From Kofleriaceae bacterium (lineage in GTDB: Bacteria > Myxococcota_A > Polyangia > Haliangiales > Haliangiaceae): a stretch of 20,413 bases of DNA. The stretch covers positions 1-20,413 of the forward strand of contig JBKJLC010000075.1 of the NCBI GenBank assembly GCA_046597055.1, in the 5' to 3' direction. Made by a program: the position numbers and the translations under genes. The notes under the pieces are model-generated. The model was not told the origin of the DNA and did no database searches. It saw only the letters and a program-made list of their open reading frames with translations. Below, piece after piece: positions 10,896 to 20,323 of this stretch (within the stretch, counting starts at the first letter, position 1; each line of letters opens with the position of its first letter).

Positions 10896-11726
10896 ATGCT
10901 CATCGGGACTCGACGCGCGCTGACCGGACTGCTGATCGGATTGACGATGTCGGGGTGCGGCGAGATCGCCGACACCAGCGTCGACGCGACGCCCGAGCCC
11001 GAGCTACCGGTCGATGGCCCGGCGCCGACGCTGGGCACCCGGCAGAACCCGGCCGCGAGCTGCGGCGAGCTGCGCGGGCAGGTCGGCCCGACCTCGGGCG
11101 TGTACTGGCTCCATCACCCCGATCCGCAGAGTCCGGCGCTGCAGGTCTACTGCGAGCAGGTTCTCAATGGCGGTGGCTGGGCCCTGCTCGTCAACAGCGT
11201 GCTCACCGAGACCGGCGAGACCCTTGCCTTCTGGCAGATCCCGTATCTCGAGCGCTTCGGGAAGCGCGGCACGGCGGCGCCCGACCAGAACTACTACCAG
11301 GGCGAGCTGTACCTGATCGGGCGCGAGCTCATGGACACGATCACCGACGTGGCGGGCAAGACCGTGGTGGCCGCGGTGGTCACCACCACCGGCATCAACT
11401 CGAACACGATGAAGCTCGGTGAGCCGGTGCTGATGGAGGGCAACGCTGCGGTGTTCGACAACCACTTCAACGCGGGCTGGTCGTCGACCGATTTCGACGG
11501 CGACCCCTACGGCAGCAACTGCGCCACGCAGTACGGCGGGGTCACCCAGCACTACGGCGCATGCTGGGTCTACAGCCTCGGTGCCGACGCCGACGCCCCG
11601 TTCGAGGACGGCGGCGTCGGGCCCCACGTCCACGCGCCCACGCTCGCCGCGCTCCAGCTCGCGCCGCAGCCGGGCGGCGGTCAGTACAGCCGCGTCAATC
11701 GAATCGCCCGGTTCACGCGCTGGTAG
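10896..11726 (+). CDS. Lipoprotein with a fibrinogen-like (YCDxxxxGGGW-type) domain
   Basis: Lipobox MSG-C; NPAASCGEL...SGVYWL...VYCEQVLNGGGWALL; distal WSSTDFDGD..SNCATQYGG..HYGAC resembles the FReD FSTxDxDND..NCA..GGWWYxxC motif. Confidence 0.82.
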   Translation: MLIGTRRALTGLLIGLTMSGCGEIADTSVDATPEPELPVDGPAPTLGTRQNPAASCGELRGQVGPTSGVYWLHHPDPQSPALQVYCEQVLNGGGWALLVNSVLTETGETLAFWQIPYLERFGKRGTAAPDQNYYQGELYLIGRELMDTITDVAGKTVVAAVVTTTGINSNTMKLGEPVLMEGNAAVFDNHFNAGWSSTDFDGDPYGSNCATQYGGVTQHYGACWVYSLGADADAPFEDGGVGPHVHAPTLAALQLAPQPGGGQYSRVNRIARFTRW

Positions 11727-11906
11727 CCCGCACATCCCCCCACCGACGTCGTCGTGCAGGGCACCCGGTTCGTCACCACCGGCTACGGCCGGCCCGCCGC
11801 CGACGTCCGGCTCGACTGCAACCCAACCGGCAGCGCCGCCGGCAGCGCCGCCGCCTTTGCCGTGCTCGATGACGACGTCACCGCCGTGATGACCCTGCCG
11901 CAGTGA
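11727..11906 (+). pseudogene. 59-codon coding-like segment in frame after the TAG of the fibrinogen-like gene (gene remnant or readthrough tail)
   Basis: PAHPPTDVVVQGTRFVTTGYGRPAADVRLDCNPTGSAAGSAAAFAVLDDDVTAVMTLPQ*; nearly all third positions are G/C; 12-bp tandem duplication at 11829-11852. Confidence 0.45.
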
Positions 11907-11918
11907 TGGGATTCTGAA

Positions 11919-12851
11919 TTAGCGCAGGCCGCGGGCCGGAATCGTGCGGACCGCGGCCGAGCCGTCCCAGATCTTGACGTGCGCGGCGCCCTGCCGGCCG
12001 GTGAGGAGGCGGCCAGTGCGCCCGAGCTCGAGACACGAGAGGCCGAGGTTGCGCGCGTCGCCGTCGAGCCGCAGCTCGATGACCTCGGCCCCGGGCTCGA
12101 CCAGGTCGATCAGCAGGAGCCGCCCGCGATCGGTGTCGATGATCGCGCGGTCGTCGTCGATGACGCGGCCGTGAAAGCCGACCTGATCGGCGAGGAGCTC
12201 GGCCATGCGCGCGGTCGACAGGCGTCGCACGACCGTCCCGGTCGGCCAGCGGTGGATCGTCAGCCAGCCGCCGCCGCTCGCGGCCAGGAGCGCGCGCCCG
12301 CCCGGCATCCAGTCGACGAACGCATCGAAGCCCAGCTCGTGCACGAGCAGGCCGGCCGGCCCCAGCTCGATCGCGACGTGGCGATCGACGCTCGCGACCA
12401 CGATGCCGTCGGCGACCGGGCGCACCGCTGCCAGCGACCACGCCCGCAGCGCGGGGTGCGGCTCGGGCAGCTCGAGCTCGCCGACCAGGCGGCCGTGGCG
12501 CGCGAGCCGGGCCCGGATCTCCCAGCGCCGGCGCAGCGCCAGCTCCCACAGCACGCCCCCGCTCGCGTCGAACCGCACCCCGGCGCGGTCGCCTCGGACC
12601 TCGACGTTGACCAGCTCGTTGTCATGACGATCGACGATCCGGAGCCCACCATCGAGATCGGTCTCGGCGTGGATGCCCGCACCGACGTGGATGGTGTCGA
12701 CCCCGCGCGGCAGCCGCTCGACCCGGCCCAGGGTGGGGTCGAGGAGCAGCGCGTGCTCGAGCTCGGGGCCGGCGATCAGGACGTGGCCGGACGCCAGCCG
12801 CTCGCAGTAGGCGTCGGCCCCGACCTCGAGCTGGCCGACCTGCTCGAGCAC
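11919..12851 (-). CDS. Hypothetical beta-propeller (WD40-like) protein; start uncertain
   Basis: Repeated short beta-strand units, [24 protein letters not shown] and [20 protein letters not shown] start with no SD, in the same frame as clpX. Confidence 0.6.
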   Translation of the reverse strand: MLEQVGQLEVGADAYCERLASGHVLIAGPELEHALLLDPTLGRVERLPRGVDTIHVGAGIHAETDLDGGLRIVDRHDNELVNVEVRGDRAGVRFDASGGVLWELALRRRWEIRARLARHGRLVGELELPEPHPALRAWSLAAVRPVADGIVVASVDRHVAIELGPAGLLVHELGFDAFVDWMPGGRALLAASGGGWLTIHRWPTGTVVRRLSTARMAELLADQVGFHGRVIDDDRAIIDTDRGRLLLIDLVEPGAEVIELRLDGDARNLGLSCLELGRTGRLLTGRQGAAHVKIWDGSAAVRTIPARGLR

Positions 12852-12878
12852 CAGCGTGCGCAGCGACAGAGGCCCGGC

Positions 12879-14138
<1,260 letters not shown>

Positions 14139-14185
14139 GGGCGACTAGCTTCCCGACAGAGACGTAGACAAGTACCCGGAGCGGG

Positions 14186-14818
14186 TCACTTGTCCTTCTT
14201 GTCCTTGTCCTTGTCCTTCTCGGGCTTGAGGCGCGCATACACCTCGTCGATCAGACCGTACTCCTTGGCCTGGCCGGCGCTCATGAAGTAGTCGCGCTCG
14301 GTGTCGGTCTGGATCTTGGTGATCGGCTGGCCGGTGTGCTTGGCGAGCAGCTCGTTGAGCGTCTCGCGGGTGCGCAGCAGCTCCCTGGCGTGGATCTCGA
14401 TCTCGGTCGCCTGACCCTGAAACCCGGCGAGAGGCTGGTGGATCATGATCCGCGAGTGCGGCAGCGCGAACCGCTTGCCGGCCGTGCCGGCCGCCAGCAG
14501 GAAGGCGCCCATGGACGCCGCCTGGCCCATGCAGATGGTCGCGACGTCGCAACGCACGTACTGCATGGTGTCGTAGATGGCCATGCCCGCCGTGACGTGG
14601 CCACCCGGCGAGTTGATGTAGACCATCACGTCCTTCTCCGGATCCTCGGACTCGAGGAACAGCAGCTGGGCGATCACGACGTTGGCGATCTCGTCGTTGA
14701 TCTGGGTGCCCAGGAAGATGATCCGCTCCTTGAGCAGCCGCGAGAAGATGTCCCAGCCGCGCTCGCCGCGGTGGGTCTGCTCGATGACCGTCGGGATGAG
14801 GTAGTTCTTGATGTCCAT
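14186..14818 (-). CDS. clpP: ATP-dependent Clp protease proteolytic subunit ClpP
   Basis: [21 protein letters not shown]; intact catalytic triad GQAASMG / IMIHQP / ERDYF. Confidence 0.98.
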   Translation of the reverse strand: MDIKNYLIPTVIEQTHRGERGWDIFSRLLKERIIFLGTQINDEIANVVIAQLLFLESEDPEKDVMVYINSPGGHVTAGMAIYDTMQYVRCDVATICMGQAASMGAFLLAAGTAGKRFALPHSRIMIHQPLAGFQGQATEIEIHARELLRTRETLNELLAKHTGQPITKIQTDTERDYFMSAGQAKEYGLIDEVYARLKPEKDKDKDKKDK

Positions 14819-14830
14819 GGCCTGCCCAGG

Positions 14831-14836
14831 ACTGTA
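14831..14836 (-). promoter_or_regulatory. Putative -10 box (TACAGT) 12 nt upstream of clpP
   Basis: Minus strand ccccg-TACAGT-cctgggcaggcc-ATG; no good SD. Confidence 0.35.
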
Positions 14837-14897
14837 CGGGGCCGGGACCGTCGAGGCAACGCGATCGCCGGCGCCCTGCCCGAATTGTCAGGCAGAT

Positions 14898-14989
14898 GGG
14901 CCGGTCCCGAGCCTGCCGAAGGGCCCATCTCGAGCCCGTCGAAGGGCCAGTCTCGACCCCGTCGAAGGGCCGGTCTCGACCCCGTCGAA
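14898..14989. repeat. Four tandem 23-bp degenerate repeats in the tig-clpP intergenic region (REP-like GAGCCTGTCGAAGGG family)
   Basis: GGGCCGGTCCCGAGCCTGCCGAA / GGGCCCATCTCGAGCCCGTCGAA / GGGCCAGTCTCGACCCCGTCGAA / GGGCCGGTCTCGACCCCGTCGAA, contiguous with no spacers. Confidence 0.88.
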
Positions 14990-15031
14990 GAGCGCCACCG
15001 GGCCACTCCCGGCGGCCGCGCTCAGCTGCGA

Positions 15032-16429
15032 TCAGTGATCGCAGCCGGGGCCGTGGACGTGACCCTCGTGCGCGTGCGCGTGCTCGTGCTCGGGCTCGGT
15101 CGAGACCGGGCCGCTGCCGAGACCGGGCTCGACCGGCTCGGTCAGCTTCTCGACCTCGGTGACCATCGCCTTGCTCACCAGCAGGTCGAGGACCTTGTCC
15201 TGCCGCAGCGACCAGCGCGCCGAGTCGAGCCGACCATCGCGCTCCCACTCGGCCTTGAGCCGCGCCGGCGGCACGTTGCGCGCGCGCGCGGCCTGCGCCA
15301 CGTGCGCCATCAGCTCGACGTCGCCGACGCTGACGCTCTCCTTGTCGCCGATCGACTCGAGCAGGAGCTGGCCGCGGACCTCGTCGGCGCCGGCCGGCCG
15401 CATCTTCTCGCGCAGGTCGGGCGAAAGCTGCGAGCCCTCCTTGTCGGGGGGCATGCCGAGCATCTGGCGCAGCCGGTTGTACTGCATCTCGACCGAGCGA
15501 TCGACCAGCGCGTTCGCCACGGGGATCTGGTTGCGCTTCACGAGCTCGCGCAGCGCGTGCTGGCGGGTCTCGTTGGTGATGACCGCGGTCTCGCGATCCT
15601 CGAGATCCTTGCGGACCGCGGCGCGCAGGCCGTCGAGGGTGTCGGCCTTGCCGGTCTCCTTGGCGAAGTCGTCGTCGAGGGCCGGCACCTGCTTCTTGCG
15701 GGCCTCGACCACGGTCACCGTGAGGTGCGCGTGGCGACCCTTCAGGGTGTCATCGGTGTGATCAGCCGGGATGTCGATCTCGATCACCTTGTCCTTGGTG
15801 TCGATCGGGATCCCGGTGAGCTCGGCGCGCAGGCCGGGGACCGGCTCGCGCTCGGGGTCGTCGAGATCGACGCCGAACTTCGGCTGGTTGATCTGATGCT
15901 CGCCGATGGTGCCGACGACGTTCAGGATGACGACGTCGCCGGGGGCGGTCTCGGTGCGACCCTCGATCGCCTCGAGCTCGGTGTGCTCCTTGCGGAGCTG
16001 CTCGAGGGTCTTGTCGACCTCGAGCTCGGGCACGTCGAGCTTGCGGCGCTCGATCGGCAGGTCGTCGTAGGCCTGGGCCACGACCGCGCCCTTGATCTCG
16101 ACGATCGCGGAGTACGCGAACGGCTCGCCCTTCTTGATCTGCCCGCCCTCGAAGTCACGGGGCTCGGCGACCGCGCCGAGCTTGTGCTGGGAGTTGGCAG
16201 TCATGAACGACTCGCGCACGAGCTGGTTCACGACCTCGGCATGCACGCGCGGGGCGTACATCTGCTCGAGCACCGAGCGCGGCGCCTTGCCCTTGCGGAA
16301 TCCCTTGAGCGCGACGCCCTTGCTCAGCTCGCGGTACGCGATGCCGAGGCGGTCGGCCACGGTCTGCCACGGGATCTCGACGATCAGCTTTTTCTCGACG
16401 GGAGAGACGTCTTCGATGCGGACTTGCAT
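15032..16429 (-). CDS. tig: Trigger factor with a divergent FKBP domain and a His/Cys-rich C-terminal tail
   Basis: SD GGAG; MQVRIEDVSPVEKKLIVEI; ribosome-binding motif KGFRKGKAP; PALDDDFAK...TLDGLR; directly upstream of clpP; 465 aa. Confidence 0.95.
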   Translation of the reverse strand: MQVRIEDVSPVEKKLIVEIPWQTVADRLGIAYRELSKGVALKGFRKGKAPRSVLEQMYAPRVHAEVVNQLVRESFMTANSQHKLGAVAEPRDFEGGQIKKGEPFAYSAIVEIKGAVVAQAYDDLPIERRKLDVPELEVDKTLEQLRKEHTELEAIEGRTETAPGDVVILNVVGTIGEHQINQPKFGVDLDDPEREPVPGLRAELTGIPIDTKDKVIEIDIPADHTDDTLKGRHAHLTVTVVEARKKQVPALDDDFAKETGKADTLDGLRAAVRKDLEDRETAVITNETRQHALRELVKRNQIPVANALVDRSVEMQYNRLRQMLGMPPDKEGSQLSPDLREKMRPAGADEVRGQLLLESIGDKESVSVGDVELMAHVAQAARARNVPPARLKAEWERDGRLDSARWSLRQDKVLDLLVSKAMVTEVEKLTEPVEPGLGSGPVSTEPEHEHAHAHEGHVHGPGCDH

Positions 16430-16545
16430 GGTGGCTCCGGTGAAGCGCGGATTGGTAGCACAACCCCACCGGGCTGGACCACCGTTGCGGCCGGCGAGGT
16501 TTTCGCCAGTCTCCGCGGGCGCTTGGCCGGGCGTGGACGGTGCGT

Positions 16546-17544
16546 TCAGCGGCGCAGGACGTAGGTGGGCTCGCTGCCGGCCGAGTCGCCGGGCGCGACG
16601 AGGTCGAGCCCGAACTGCTCGAGCTTGTCGATCAGGTGCTCCATCCACGCGACCGGGTCGGCGACGCCGGTGAGCTCGCCGACCGCGCGCGCGGTCAGGC
16701 GGTCACGCTCGCCCAGCGCGTTGAGCACCTCGCGCTCGAGGTTGGAGATCTGGAAGTCGGCGGGCACCGTGCGATCGACCAGGCGACCCAGGCGGCTGGC
16801 AGCGGCCGGCCGCAGCCCGAGGCGGATGACCGCGCTCTGCGCGCCGGCGCCGGAGGTGTAGCCGAGCGCGGTGCGCCCGCCCTTGTTGTAGACGCCGGTC
16901 GAGCGGCGCCGGCGCTCGGTCGGCACTGGCACCGGGGTATGCCGCAGGCCCGGGTTCGACGGCGGCGCGCTGCTCAGCCCGGGATCGCTGGCGATCGGGC
17001 CCTGCGCCATCCGCTCGGCGGCCCGCGCGGCCGGGACCACGGTGGCGATCTGGTGCTGCGGGATCTCGACCGCGCTGGCCTGGGCGACATAGGTCGCGTG
17101 GGACGCGGCCGCCGAGGGATCCCAGCTCGCCGACGGGATCGGCGCCTCGGGGACGTCGCGCGGCGAGCCCGGCGCCCAGTTGTTGGTGACCTTGCGCTCG
17201 AGCGCCGACTCCTCGTCGAGCAGGCGCGGCGGGTTGCCCTTGCTGCCACTCATCCGGCGCGCTGCCAGCTCGAGCTGGTCCTTGAGCTCCTGGGCGCGGC
17301 CGTCGGCGGGCGGCTGGACGTGCAGGCCCCAGTGGCCGTTGGGATCGACGCCGGCGGGGCCGATCGCGATCTCGGTGCCGTGGAGGACGATCGTCGGCCG
17401 GGTCTGATCGCGGCTCTCGGCGTAGGCGCGCATGAGCACGCGCTGCTCGCCCCAGCGCTCGGCGACAACCATGATCGCGCGGTAGTGCGTCGGCGGCGAG
17501 GCCGGCGAGCGCAGCCACTGGTCGACAATGCTGATGCGGGCCAT
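16546..17544 (-). CDS. Hypothetical protein: globular N-domain, Pro/Ser-rich linker, C-terminal winged-helix-like domain
   Basis: ATG 17544 (MARISIVDQWLR); C-terminal LEREVLNALGERDRLTARAVGELTGVADPVAWMEHLIDKLEQFG...TYVL fits a wHTH pattern; TAAGCT lies 10 nt upstream. Confidence 0.7.
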   Translation of the reverse strand: MARISIVDQWLRSPASPPTHYRAIMVVAERWGEQRVLMRAYAESRDQTRPTIVLHGTEIAIGPAGVDPNGHWGLHVQPPADGRAQELKDQLELAARRMSGSKGNPPRLLDEESALERKVTNNWAPGSPRDVPEAPIPSASWDPSAAASHATYVAQASAVEIPQHQIATVVPAARAAERMAQGPIASDPGLSSAPPSNPGLRHTPVPVPTERRRRSTGVYNKGGRTALGYTSGAGAQSAVIRLGLRPAAASRLGRLVDRTVPADFQISNLEREVLNALGERDRLTARAVGELTGVADPVAWMEHLIDKLEQFGLDLVAPGDSAGSEPTYVLRR

Positions 17545-17642
17545 CCCCGCCGCGAGCTTACACGATCCGGTCGTCCCGTGATCCGGCACACCCCGCCCCT
17601 CCGGCTTTTGCGCGGCGGGTCGCAATTGGTTAGCCTGACGGG

Positions 17643-18869
17643 GTGCTGCTCCTCCGCCGTGTCCTGGTTCGCGTGGCGCTGGGCGCCCGCGCTTGTGTCC
17701 CCGCTGCTGCCGTGATCGCATCGCCAGCCCTGGTCGCCTGCGGCGACAAGGCCAAGCCGCCGAAGCAGCCCACCAAGGTGGCGCCCCCGGTGTCGACCGC
17801 CCAGGTCCTCGCCGAGGCCCGCGCCGCCGCCAAGGCCGGCGACACCGAGACCGCCCACGCCAAGTACAAGGAGGCGGAGAAGCTCGATCTCCAGCTCGCC
17901 GTCGTCGACGAGCACGTGAAGTTTCTGCTCGCGCACAGCCTGCCCGAGCCGGCGGTCGAGATCGCGCGCGGCTACTACGATGCCAAGCCGGCGGACACCA
18001 AGGGGTTTCTGGTCTACGCCAACGCGCTGATCGGGGCCGGCGATTACGCGACCGCCCTCGAGGTGGCCGGCGAGTTGATCGGCCTCGACGAGCAGAACGC
18101 GGCCGGCTACGAGGCCCGCGGCCGCGCGTTGGTCTACTCGGGCAAGGTCACCGAGGGCATCGAGGACCTGACCAAGGCGACCGAGCTCGAGCCCAAGAAC
18201 GCGAGCTACGCGCTGTCGGTCGGCTCGGCGCTCTACACGGCCGGCCGCACCGACGAGGCCGGCATCCAGGTGTTGCAGGCGAACAAGATCGAGGAGACCG
18301 CGCGGGGCTTGCGACTGCTCGGCCAGATCCGCCGGGCCCAGCTCGAGATCCAGGATGCGGTGGCGTTCCTGATCCGGTCGACCAAGATCGATGACAAGGA
18401 CGCGGAGACCTGGTTCCAGCTCGCGCTCGCCCAGGACGACCTCGGCGACGACCTGGAGGCCGAGAACAGCGCCAAGACCGCGACCACGCTCGACCGGACC
18501 AACGCGCGCTACTGGTACGCGTACGGCGAGCTGCTGCGGCTCAACAAGAAGATCGACGACTCGCTGGCCGCGTACCGGAAGGCCGCCGAGCTGAAGCCGC
18601 CCTACCCCAAGGCCGCCGGCAAGATCGTCAAGGTGCTCGGCGAGACCGGCCGCAACAACGAGGCCGAGATCTACCTGACCCAGCTACTGCAGACCGACCG
18701 GACCAACGCCGACCTCTACTTCAACCTGGGCAAGGTCTACGCGGCCCAGAAGAAGTACAAGCTCGCGATCGAGGCCTACGAACGCTACCTCGAGGTCGCG
18801 CCCAAGGAAGACGGCATGCGCAAGGTGGCGGGCGAGGACCTCAAGTTCCTCCGCAAGAAGGTCCGGTAG
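17643..18869 (+). CDS. Tetratricopeptide-repeat lipoprotein
   Basis: Lipobox LVA-C; multiple TPR units (AGYEARGRALVYSG, ETWFQLALAQDDLG, YWYAYGELLRLN, DLYFNLGKVYAAQKKYKLAIEAYERYL); TAGCCT 6 nt before the GTG. Start codon uncertain. Confidence 0.88.
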   Translation: MLLLRRVLVRVALGARACVPAAAVIASPALVACGDKAKPPKQPTKVAPPVSTAQVLAEARAAAKAGDTETAHAKYKEAEKLDLQLAVVDEHVKFLLAHSLPEPAVEIARGYYDAKPADTKGFLVYANALIGAGDYATALEVAGELIGLDEQNAAGYEARGRALVYSGKVTEGIEDLTKATELEPKNASYALSVGSALYTAGRTDEAGIQVLQANKIEETARGLRLLGQIRRAQLEIQDAVAFLIRSTKIDDKDAETWFQLALAQDDLGDDLEAENSAKTATTLDRTNARYWYAYGELLRLNKKIDDSLAAYRKAAELKPPYPKAAGKIVKVLGETGRNNEAEIYLTQLLQTDRTNADLYFNLGKVYAAQKKYKLAIEAYERYLEVAPKEDGMRKVAGEDLKFLRKKVR

Positions 18870-18962
18870 CAGCGCGGATCGGGTCCGGGCGAACCGCCCT
18901 TCCCGGTGACCGGGTGGCGGATGCTGTCGGTCGCGACCAACGCGTGCCACCCTGTTGAGCCC

Positions 18963-19370
18963 ATGCGCGGCCGCGCCCCGTCGAAGGTCCTGGTCGCCCT
19001 CCTCCGGGCGTGCGCGTTGCTGTTCGCGCTCGGGATCCTGGTGGCGGTCGCCGATGCCGCCGCCCGGGCGCCGGTCGCGGACGGTGCCCCGGGCGTGGCC
19101 GCCGAGCTGATCGAGGACGAGCCGCCCGATCTCCTGCCGACGCTCCTGATCGCCGACCGGGCCGGCGACGCACTGCTCCGGCGCGACGCCGGCGCGCCCG
19201 CCGCACGTCGTCCACTGGGCCTCCAGGTTGACGCCGCCGCCCGTGCTCCCGCCGCCCGAACGCTAGCGACGACGACCCTCCCGCCGGGCCGCGCCCCTCA
19301 CCGGTCGCGCCCGCTCGTCGTGTGCGCACGCCTCGCGTGCGCGTTCGCTCCGTTCTCGAAAGGCGTCCTC
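18963..19370 (+). other. Candidate leader ORF (signal/TM helix, acidic patch, PPGRAP), open and in frame with the downstream TerC gene
   Basis: MRGRAPSKVLVALLRACALLFALGILVAVADAAA...AELIEDEPPDLL...TTTLPPGRAPH; no stop before ATG 19371; 8-bp hairpin at 19324-19342. Confidence 0.45.
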
Positions 19371-20297
19371 ATGGAGACCGTCGGTTCCCCCGCGGCGTGG
19401 CTCGGCTTCACCGCGCTCGTCGTCACGCTGCTCGTGCTCGATCTCGCGGTGTTCCACCGCAAGGCTCACCAGGTCTGCGTCCGCGAGGCGCTGGCCTGGA
19501 CCGTGGTGTGGATCGCCCTCGCGATGGCGTTCGGCGCCGGCATCTGGGGCTGGTATGGCCCCGATCGCGCGCTCGAGTTCTATACCGGCTACGTCATCGA
19601 GAAGGCGCTCTCGGTCGACAACCTGTTCGTGTTCCTCGTCGTGTTCCAGGCGTTCGACGTGCCGCCGGCGTACCAGCACCGGGTCCTGTTCTGGGGAATC
19701 CTCGGCGCGATGGTGCTGCGCGCGGTGTTCATCATCGCCGGCGCCGCGCTGCTCCAGGAGTTCTCCTGGGTCCTCTACGTGTTCGGTGCCTTCTTGCTGT
19801 TCACCGGCGTGAAGCTGCTGCTCCACCGCGGCGCCGAGCCCGACCCGACCGGGAACCCGCTGTTCCGCTGGTTCCAGCGGGTGGTGCCGTCCGTGCCCGA
19901 CTACCGGGGCGCCGCGTTCACCGTGATCGAGAACGGCCGGCGGTTCGCCACGCCGCTGCTCCTGGTGCTGGTCGTGATCGAGGCCAGCGACGTCGTGTTC
20001 GCGATCGACTCGGTGCCGGCGATCTTCGGCGTCACCAACGATCCGTTCATCGTCTACACGTCGAACATCTTCGCGATCCTCGGGCTGCGCGCGCTCTACT
20101 TCGTCCTGGCCGGGGCGATGGAGCGGTTCCACTACCTGAAGGTCGGGCTCGCCCTGGTGCTGGTGTTCATCGGCGGCAAGATGCTGGGCTCGGCCGTCTA
20201 CCACCTGCCGGTCGCCGCCTCGCTCGCCATCATCTTGACCCTGCTGACCGGCTCGGTGGTCGCGTCCCTGGTGCGACCGCGCGCGTCGGCGCCTTGA
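19371..20297 (+). CDS. alx: TerC-family integral membrane protein, Alx-like (putative Mn2+ export/homeostasis)
   Basis: SD GAAAGG; EFYTGYVIEKALSVDNLFVF; YQHRVLFWGILGAMVLR; IEASDVVFAIDSVPAIFGVTNDPFIVYTSNIFAILGLRALYF; YLKVGL. Confidence 0.92.
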   Translation: METVGSPAAWLGFTALVVTLLVLDLAVFHRKAHQVCVREALAWTVVWIALAMAFGAGIWGWYGPDRALEFYTGYVIEKALSVDNLFVFLVVFQAFDVPPAYQHRVLFWGILGAMVLRAVFIIAGAALLQEFSWVLYVFGAFLLFTGVKLLLHRGAEPDPTGNPLFRWFQRVVPSVPDYRGAAFTVIENGRRFATPLLLVLVVIEASDVVFAIDSVPAIFGVTNDPFIVYTSNIFAILGLRALYFVLAGAMERFHYLKVGLALVLVFIGGKMLGSAVYHLPVAASLAIILTLLTGSVVASLVRPRASAP

Positions 20298-20323
20298 TCG
20301 CCCGCGGATTGTTCCCCGGGCGA
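20298..20323 (+). terminator. Imperfect hairpin after the TerC gene
   Basis: TCGCCCG-c-GGA-ttgt-TCC-c-CGGGCGA; no U-tract. Confidence 0.3.

Noticed and set aside
14189..14218. CTTGTC hexamer repeats at the clpP 3' end
   Set aside because: They simply encode a low-complexity [10 protein letters not shown] tail; in-frame, with no sign of phase variation.
14898..14989. Possible CRISPR array
   Set aside because: Repeats are contiguous with no unique spacers, and there are no cas genes in the window.
16430..16545. tRNA gene often found upstream of tig
   Set aside because: No cloverleaf, no GTTCRA T-loop and no CCA-ended acceptor stem visible on either strand.
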